Part shown: piece after piece, positions 59,001-64,000 of the stretch
How the letters are laid out: each line of letters opens with the position of its first letter
Position numbering within the stretch: the first letter of the stretch is position 1
Origin: an uncultured Pirellulaceae bacterium
Lineage (GTDB): Bacteria; Planctomycetota; Planctomycetia; Pirellulales; Pirellulaceae
Assembly (NCBI GenBank): GCA_964459305.1
Contig: CAYWNA010000038.1
Coordinates: 5,183 to 69,182 of the forward strand
Direction: 5' to 3'
Length of the DNA: 64,000 nucleotides
Position numbers and translations under genes: made by a program
Notes under the pieces: model-generated
Told to the model about the DNA's origin: nothing
Databases searched by the model: none
What the model saw: only the letters and a program-made list of their open reading frames with translations

Positions 59001-59124
59001 TGGCCAGAAAGCCCGCGATCTGTTCTTTGCCGATCTGAGCGGAGAGCACGGTGATGACGACGTCCTCAAAGGCGCGAAGAACGACATCGTGATCGAACTG
59101 GCCGATCTTCTGGACCTAACGTAA
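56011..59124 (+). CDS. giant secreted adhesin-like protein: planctomycete N-terminal sorting motif + right-handed beta-helix repeats + PKD/cadherin-like domains + RTX calcium-binding repeats
   Basis: RRRLLVEHLESRMLLS motif after ATG 56011 (GGAG SD). Beta-helix repeats. VADAGGPYAIDEGDALVLAGSGSDVDDGD...YSWDLNNDGTFDD (PKD-like). C-terminal GGxGxDxL nonapeptides (GGNGDDTLDGGPGADRLYGDGGNDVI...). Confidence 0.8.
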   Translation: MSLHHRSSSSRARASLFRRQNRNPAFRRRLLVEHLESRMLLSTWTVLNVDDSGAGSLREAIDLSNANEGFDTIEFAIGGGGPQTIQLQSPLPTITDPVAIDGTSQPGFVALPIVEVAGTAASPVLTLAADDSTLRGLAVRTAGTAISLSGADRALVSNLDVSWTGAGESGMGIDLWESNSGTIEYVTATNRQVGLKMRRSGDNVIQHNDFSGAGTWAIQTNADTTGTGNQYLHNNLSDSANGVSLSYEVGMTLSGDSFNMAGIPGMGLELHRVSNSQISGLDVSWTGAGISGTGILVGSSSNNTIEQVTVMNRTFGVDLVSSSAAAVECTSILENATGVRIKGASSGILLNNNRIAGNSGNGVVNSAPEVVNAEYNYWGSADGPATLGGAGDTYSGNVDAEPFLTELPPCLNTNEPPVADAGGPYAIDEGDALVLAGSGSDVDDGDTLILTYSWDLNNDGTFDDATGAAPTLAWSELDALGLDDDGTFTVTLRVYDNDTYTDNSAAVTIENTAPRLVDVSVTSPIDENAEATLAGDILDPGSQDTFTLTIDWGDGTTEAVDYGAGTTSFVRTHRYMDDGPSPGNGAPSYSYEIQVTVIDKDSGIGRTTTPLTVNNVPPVIADFHNSPPSSGGDSAGEEITVGGAFSDIGTFDTHTATVDWGDGTSSPADVTQSDGSGSIFASHVYDNGGVYTITLTVTDDDTDKATKTSTAEIIGVGVNNRVLQIVATTRKDDIRVKPKGRGQVEVKTDFTEPKKQLFPADSFDSILVVLGPGHDLARIDERILIDAVMDGGDGKDELHAGGGNTTMYGGAGNDRLHGGNGDDTLDGGPGADRLYGDGGNDVIIDLDGHNRIWSGSGADTITAGGGNDRIAAGGGDDLVLAGAGDDRVDAGRGSDVVVGGDGDDRITGGPGLDLLIGGKGSDKLQGGNGRRGPGDILIAGWTTHDADESALRSILDRWITGWNAGRPYEEIVDELVADWLDPGTTVFDDGVEDKLKGGQKARDLFFADLSGEHGDDDVLKGAKNDIVIELADLLDLT

Positions 59125-59222
59125 GCGGCCGTGAGGAGACAAAGGAAGGACGGGTTATCGACCCTTGTTCTTGACCACATTTCCAGCCGCTGGCTTAACT
59201 CCAGCGCTGCATGACATTCGAC

Positions 59223-60920
59223 CTATTTGTCTTCGATTCCGAGTTCCCGTAATCGGCGGTAAAGGGTTGCACGACTGATTCCCAGCAGCGCGGCGGCCCT
59301 GGTGCGGTTGCCCTTTGCGCGTTTCAACGCCGCCGTGAGCTGGTCGAGGTCATCGAGTCCCAAATCGTCTTGATCCGCATCGGTTCTTCGCTCTAGAAGT
59401 TCGGGAGGGAGGTCCTCGGTCTGGAGGATCGAACCCAGCGCCTGGATAACGGCGTACTCCAGCGCGTTGCGGAGCTCACGGACGTTGCCTGGCCAATCAT
59501 ATTCCATCATAACCGCCATCGCATCGTCGCTGGCGGCGTCGACCCGTTTGCCGGTGGATGCCCGATGGTCTGCCAGAAAAGCGCGCACGAGGACCGGAAG
59601 GTCTTCTCGGCGCTGGCGCAAGGCCGGCAACTTCACGCGGGCGACCCGGATGCGGTACAGTAGATCCTGCCGGAATCGCTCGTCGGCCACATCTTGGGCA
59701 AGGTCCCGGTGAGTGGCGGTCAATACACGGACGTCCACCGGACGGGAACCTGATTCCCCCAGCGGTAACACGGCGTTTTCTTCCAACACTCGCAACAACG
59801 CGGTCTGCACGCGGAGGGAAAGATCGCCGATCTCGTCCAGGAATAGCGTACCGCCGTGGGCCGCCTCGAAGAGCCCCTGCTGGTCGCTGATCGCTCCGGT
59901 GAACGAGCCGCGGCGATGGCCAAATAACTGACTGGCGGCTAACTCGTCGCTGAGACCGGCGCAGTTGATCGCCACAAAAGGCGCGTCGCATCGCCTGCCG
60001 AGTTGGTGGATCGCCCGGGCGACGAGTTCTTTCCCCGTACCCGTCTCCCCTTCGATCAGCACCATAGAATCGACCCGCGCAACATCCTGGATTGTCTGGA
60101 AGACCTGCTGCATGGGTCTCGACTTGCCAACCATATTCTGAAACGTCGCATGCTGGTCAAGCTGTCGCCGCAAGTCGAACAGTGGTGAGACGTCGTATAA
60201 GAACAGAATCATGCCGCCATCACCGCGAGGGTCATCGACGATTTCAATCTCCAGGTTGCGGGGACGGGATCCGTCATCGTCAAGGGCCAGCGCGATTTTG
60301 TCACGTTGCTCCTGCGGACGACGACAGGTCTCCTCCAGCGCGGTCACCTGCTCGGGGGACAACGGCAACACGTCCTCTAGCCCGTGCCCGACTACGTCTC
60401 CGTCGAAGGGCTTGGCCATTCTGAGAGCGGCCTGACTGGCGAAACGGACCTGACCGTGCGCGTCCACCATGACCGTGCCATGACGCTGTGCGTTGAGGAT
60501 CGAACGCAGGTTTTCGTAGCTCTCGCGCAATCGCCGGTCGGCATTTCCCTTGTGCAGAGCCATTTCGATGGTCGTGTGCAGGTCGCGCGGATCATACGGC
60601 TTGACGATGTAGCCATACGGCTCGGCCACTTTGGCTCGTTCCACGGTGTCAACGTCGCTGTAAGCCGTGAGGAAAACGACGGGGACATCGCGGGACTGGC
60701 GAATCCGCCGGGCCGCTTCGATACCGTCCATCGGCCCCTCGATGCGCATGTCCATGAGCACGAGGTCGGGTTCGAGTTCCGCGGCCTTTTCGCAGGCTTC
60801 TTGTCCAGAAGCGGCGTTTCCGACGACCTGGTACCCCAGACCCTGCAAATGGCCCTCGATTGCGACGGCCACAATCTGTTCGTCCTCGACGATCAGGATC
60901 TTGATTGCTTGCTCTGACAT
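59223..60920 (-). CDS. sigma-54-dependent response regulator (NtrC family: REC + PAS-like + AAA+ + Fis HTH)
   Basis: ILIVEDE...DLVLMDMRI (REC Asp), GETGTGKE Walker A, GAFTGA-type ESELFGH region (SQLFGHRRGSFTGA), C-terminal HTH. Confidence 0.9.
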   Translation of the reverse strand: MSEQAIKILIVEDEQIVAVAIEGHLQGLGYQVVGNAASGQEACEKAAELEPDLVLMDMRIEGPMDGIEAARRIRQSRDVPVVFLTAYSDVDTVERAKVAEPYGYIVKPYDPRDLHTTIEMALHKGNADRRLRESYENLRSILNAQRHGTVMVDAHGQVRFASQAALRMAKPFDGDVVGHGLEDVLPLSPEQVTALEETCRRPQEQRDKIALALDDDGSRPRNLEIEIVDDPRGDGGMILFLYDVSPLFDLRRQLDQHATFQNMVGKSRPMQQVFQTIQDVARVDSMVLIEGETGTGKELVARAIHQLGRRCDAPFVAINCAGLSDELAASQLFGHRRGSFTGAISDQQGLFEAAHGGTLFLDEIGDLSLRVQTALLRVLEENAVLPLGESGSRPVDVRVLTATHRDLAQDVADERFRQDLLYRIRVARVKLPALRQRREDLPVLVRAFLADHRASTGKRVDAASDDAMAVMMEYDWPGNVRELRNALEYAVIQALGSILQTEDLPPELLERRTDADQDDLGLDDLDQLTAALKRAKGNRTRAAALLGISRATLYRRLRELGIEDK

Positions 60921-60960
60921 GGTGACCGCTACTATGTTGACCGAGTTGAAAGGTGTTACG

Positions 60961-61054
60961 CCGCGGCCGGTTGTTGGAGTCCAGGCTTCAGCCTGCCCCC
61001 CCAGCCTAAAGGCTGTACTCCAGCAGACACTCCAAACCGGCGAGCCGCGGGCGT
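60961..61054 (+). repeat. dispersed repeat family D, copy 2
   Basis: ccgcggccggttgttggagtccaggcttcagcctgccccccagcctaaaggctgtactccagcagacactccaaaccggcgagccgcggg. Confidence 0.7.
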
Positions 61055-61181
61055 GAGCCCGCTGATGGAACCGGAGGCTGACACCTCCGGCTCGCCGATT
61101 TCTTCACACGCTCGGAGCAAAAGGTAGCAAACTGTCTGTTCCTGTGAAGGTAACCCGGCTTGTCGTCGAGCGGAAGTGGCC

Positions 61182-62663
61182 TCACGATTCCTCGTCGGGC
61201 GTGGGTTGCTGCTCCGGCTGGTCAAAGTGGATCGTAAACGTGGTGCCCTCCTGGTAGGTATGGTCGAGCCTGCCGTGGATTTGCCGCGTCAACGCTTGCA
61301 CGACCTTCAGGCCGGTCGAGGTCGCCGCGCCTGCCGCCAACCCTTCGCGCATTCCTACACCGTCGTCCGCGACGGAAATCGAGTAGCTGCCACCCTCTTG
61401 GGCGAAGGCAATGCGGATTTCGCCAGGATGATCCTCGGAAAAGGCGTGCTGCAGCGCGTTGGCAACCAGCTCGTTGACGATCATGCCGCAAGGGATGGCC
61501 AAGTCGAGCAGGAGGGGGACCGACTGCACGTCGAGACGAAAGCTGACGCGAGCGGCCGAGGTTCCAAATCCCTGTCTGAGATTGTCGACCAGCTCTTGGA
61601 CATAGGCGGCAAAATCGATACGGGCCAGATCATCCGAGCGATAGAGCTGTTCGTGGATCAGCGCCATGGAGCGCACCCGCGTCTGACTCTCCTGAAACAG
61701 CCGAATCATCTCCGGATCGCGGATTTCTTGTGCTTGGAGGCTTAGCAGGCTGGAAATGACCTGCAAGTTGTTCTTGACGCGGTGGTGAACCTCTTTGAGC
61801 AAGAGCTCCTTCTCGCGAATCGAAACGGTCTTCTTGCGCAGTTCAGCGGCCATCTGGTTGATCGCGGCAGCCAACATGCCAATTTCATCGCGGGAACGGA
61901 TCGCCACTTGGGTATCGAGACAACCATTACCAATGTCCCGCGCCGCCCGCTGAAGCGTGCCTAGCGGTTTCCCAATCGAACGGGACATAAGGAGACCGAT
62001 CGATATGGCAATGGCAGCGGCAGCGACCAACAGCATACCGCGCTGCCGATCTGCGACGTCCAACGCCCGCTCGGCACGCCGAATACCTCTGGTTGATTCG
62101 CGCCCTGCCAGCTCGCGGATCGCGTCCAGTTGCGGCAGGAGTTCGTTCTCGAAATGAGGGCAGACCCGCTCATCAAGGAACCGCTCGGCGGCATCGACAT
62201 CCTCGTCCAGCAAAACGTGAAACTGGTTCATCAACTCCTGACGCTGGTCGAACCCCTGCCGCAGCGATTCCAGCGACGACTGCGTTTGAGAACCTGCCAG
62301 TTCAGTCAACTCGGCGGCGCCACGCTCGGCCGCGCGCGATTCCACGGCGGGACGCGAATCCGCGAGGTCCCTTTCCTCCCTCTCATGCTGTCGCTCAAAC
62401 GCTTCGCTTGATGCCGAGTCGTCGGCCACCCCACGCCGAGCCATGATCTGTCGGTGAGCGGCCAACTGGTCGGCGTACAGCGCGATGGTGACCTCTGTCG
62501 TTACCGCCATCTGGCGGATCGCGCTATGGCTAAGCCGCTCCATTTGCTGCCTGAGCTCCCGGCCGGTGCGTTGGGCGAGATAGCCCGCCGCTGCCACCAG
62601 CGAAGCGATCACCAGGAACGCCGCGGTGAGCTTGAGACCAATCCTCATCGTGATGCACCTCAA
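61182..62663 (-). CDS. membrane sensor histidine kinase (4HB/HAMP + HisKA_2 + HATPase)
   Basis: N-terminal TM. HAMP. HHRVKNNLQVISSLLSLQ (HisKA_2 H-box). C-terminal ATPase G-boxes (DDGVGM). Confidence 0.85.
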   Translation of the reverse strand: MRCITMRIGLKLTAAFLVIASLVAAAGYLAQRTGRELRQQMERLSHSAIRQMAVTTEVTIALYADQLAAHRQIMARRGVADDSASSEAFERQHEREERDLADSRPAVESRAAERGAAELTELAGSQTQSSLESLRQGFDQRQELMNQFHVLLDEDVDAAERFLDERVCPHFENELLPQLDAIRELAGRESTRGIRRAERALDVADRQRGMLLVAAAAIAISIGLLMSRSIGKPLGTLQRAARDIGNGCLDTQVAIRSRDEIGMLAAAINQMAAELRKKTVSIREKELLLKEVHHRVKNNLQVISSLLSLQAQEIRDPEMIRLFQESQTRVRSMALIHEQLYRSDDLARIDFAAYVQELVDNLRQGFGTSAARVSFRLDVQSVPLLLDLAIPCGMIVNELVANALQHAFSEDHPGEIRIAFAQEGGSYSISVADDGVGMREGLAAGAATSTGLKVVQALTRQIHGRLDHTYQEGTTFTIHFDQPEQQPTPDEES

Positions 62664-62912
62664 AAACGGGTTCTGACGCCTGTGACAGTTCTACCATAAG
62701 GCGAAAATGCCTTCCATCAGGCGAGCTGTTTCGTCCGGGCATGGCAGTTGCGTGCATCGTAGTGCGGTGCCGTTGGGGCACGCTCCGCACGGCAAAACGG
62801 CCGTCAATGGGGGCAGCGGCAACCGTGGCCGGGGTTGGCTTCAGAAAGACCCCCATGGTAAACTTGCGCTTTGTGGCCTGTTTGTTAATCGCATCTACGT
62901 GCGAGGCGCCCG

Positions 62913-63851
62913 ATGTGTCGCATGAGACGCGCTGGTGGCGCATCACCAGCGACAAATCCTGCGCTGATCTCCAGACCGCCAAGAGGATTGACCTTGGTCG
63001 AGCTCATGGTCGTGCTCGCCATCATTGCCATCCTATTGGCCCTGCTGCTGCCGGCCATCCAAGCCGCTCGCGAGGCCCATCGGCGAATCAAGTGCCAGAG
63101 CAATATCCGGCAGATCGGGATCGCGCTGCACACCCATCACGACGTACACGGACGGCTGCCTGCGGGATGGGTCTCAATCGATCCTGGCGGTAACCCCGGA
63201 TGGGCGTGGAGCGCCTTGCTGCTGGAGTTTGCCGATCAACCCACATCGCCGAACATCCAATGGGCCGGGAGAGCAACAGCGGTAGCCATCGCCACGCCCC
63301 TGCCCGTGTCGGGTAGAACGCGAATCGACCACTCAAGCAACAAGGCAATCAGAGAAAGAGGAATCTCCCTATTCCTCTGTCCCTCGGATTCGTCTGACGA
63401 GCTGTTCATGTTACCCAGCGGTCCCACAGGACAGATGTTCGAGGTTGCCCGTGCCAACTACGTGGGCGTCTTTGGCACGGGAGCGATCGCAAGCAATCCG
63501 TCGGCCGGCAACGGAGTGTTTTTCCGGAATAGTGGAACTCGCTTTGGCGGCATCCTCGACGGTCTGAGTAACACGCTCATGGTGGGCGAGCGGGCTTCCC
63601 GACAGCCTTCATCCTGGGAAGGCTCCGCCACGTGGGTCGGTGCAATCCCTGGAGCCCACCGAAGTATGGCGCGCGTCGTCGGCCGTGCCGATCGAGTCCC
63701 CAACGATGTCCTGGGAGACTTCGCCGATTTTGGCAGCTGGCACCCGTTTGGCGCCAACTTCGTCATGGCGGATGGCTCGGTGAGGATGATCAGCGACGAG
63801 ATCGACCAAGCGGCATACCACGCTCTGGCCACACGCGCGGGCGGCGAATAG
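62913..63851 (+). CDS. DUF1559 domain protein with prepilin-type N-terminus (second copy in window)
   Basis: [54 protein letters not shown]-terminal ...[20 protein letters not shown] typical DUF1559 ending. Confidence 0.85.
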   Translation: MCRMRRAGGASPATNPALISRPPRGLTLVELMVVLAIIAILLALLLPAIQAAREAHRRIKCQSNIRQIGIALHTHHDVHGRLPAGWVSIDPGGNPGWAWSALLLEFADQPTSPNIQWAGRATAVAIATPLPVSGRTRIDHSSNKAIRERGISLFLCPSDSSDELFMLPSGPTGQMFEVARANYVGVFGTGAIASNPSAGNGVFFRNSGTRFGGILDGLSNTLMVGERASRQPSSWEGSATWVGAIPGAHRSMARVVGRADRVPNDVLGDFADFGSWHPFGANFVMADGSVRMISDEIDQAAYHALATRAGGE

Positions 63852-63902
63852 TGGAACTCCCCACTAAGGAACACGGGAAGACAACTTGGGCAAACGCCGT
63901 GG

Positions 63903-64000
63903 TAGCTACGCTCGCCAGAGCGTGGGCGGTCTAGCCGGATCCACGGTCTGGCGACTTCGGCTACATGTCAACTACGGAAGCTATCGTTCCCTCACCCCTG
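63903..64000 (+). repeat. dispersed repeat family A, copy 6 (diverged 5' half, cut by window end)
   Basis: gctacgctcgccagagcgtggg...ggtctggcgacttcggctacatg matches the family A hairpin arms. Confidence 0.55.

Noticed and set aside
1-64000. tRNA, rRNA, CRISPR arrays
   Set aside because: I found no T-loop GGTTCGAATCC-type motifs or cloverleaf candidates in intergenic regions, no direct-repeat/spacer periodicity, and no rRNA-like conserved blocks. A tRNAscan/Infernal run is needed to exclude small RNAs formally.

Overview
High-GC (~60%) bacterial chromosomal segment whose gene content looks like Planctomycetota: two DUF1559 proteins with prepilin-type N-termini, two BBP7-like outer-membrane barrels, a giant secreted beta-helix/RTX protein carrying the planctomycete N-terminal L-E-x-L-E-x-R-x-L-L-S motif, and many TPR and sensor proteins. 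I count about 55 protein-coding genes on both strands. They include trxA, recG, queE/queF (divergent), a topoisomerase VI B subunit with no A subunit nearby, an M16 peptidase pair, a BlaI/BlaR1-like repressor/sensor pair, a multi-PAS histidine kinase, a sigma54-type response regulator next to a HisKA_2 kinase, a Ser/Thr kinase with a receiver-like tail, a family-4 UDG, a rhomboid protease, a PIG-L deacetylase, DUF885, ThuA, a TlpA-like protein, GNAT, HAD, and an Rrf2/ArsR regulator pair followed by a CinA(PncC)/HxGH-nucleotidyltransferase pair. I recognised no rRNA, tRNA or CRISPR by eye. Intergenic space is dense with four families of short dispersed repeats: A is about 130 bp, MITE-like, six copies all in the same orientation; B and C are nested palindromes with 2 and 3 copies; D has 2 copies. 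These repeats also create many spurious ORFs in the six-frame track, with recurring motifs WEGEAPAEP, GASPS and ALPWRVAV. The most unusual locus is a signal-peptide + Pro-rich linker + outer-membrane barrel reading frame split by a single in-frame TAG and translationally coupled to a C39-like cysteine-peptidase lipoprotein. All product calls rest on motif recognition from the translations. No database search was possible.
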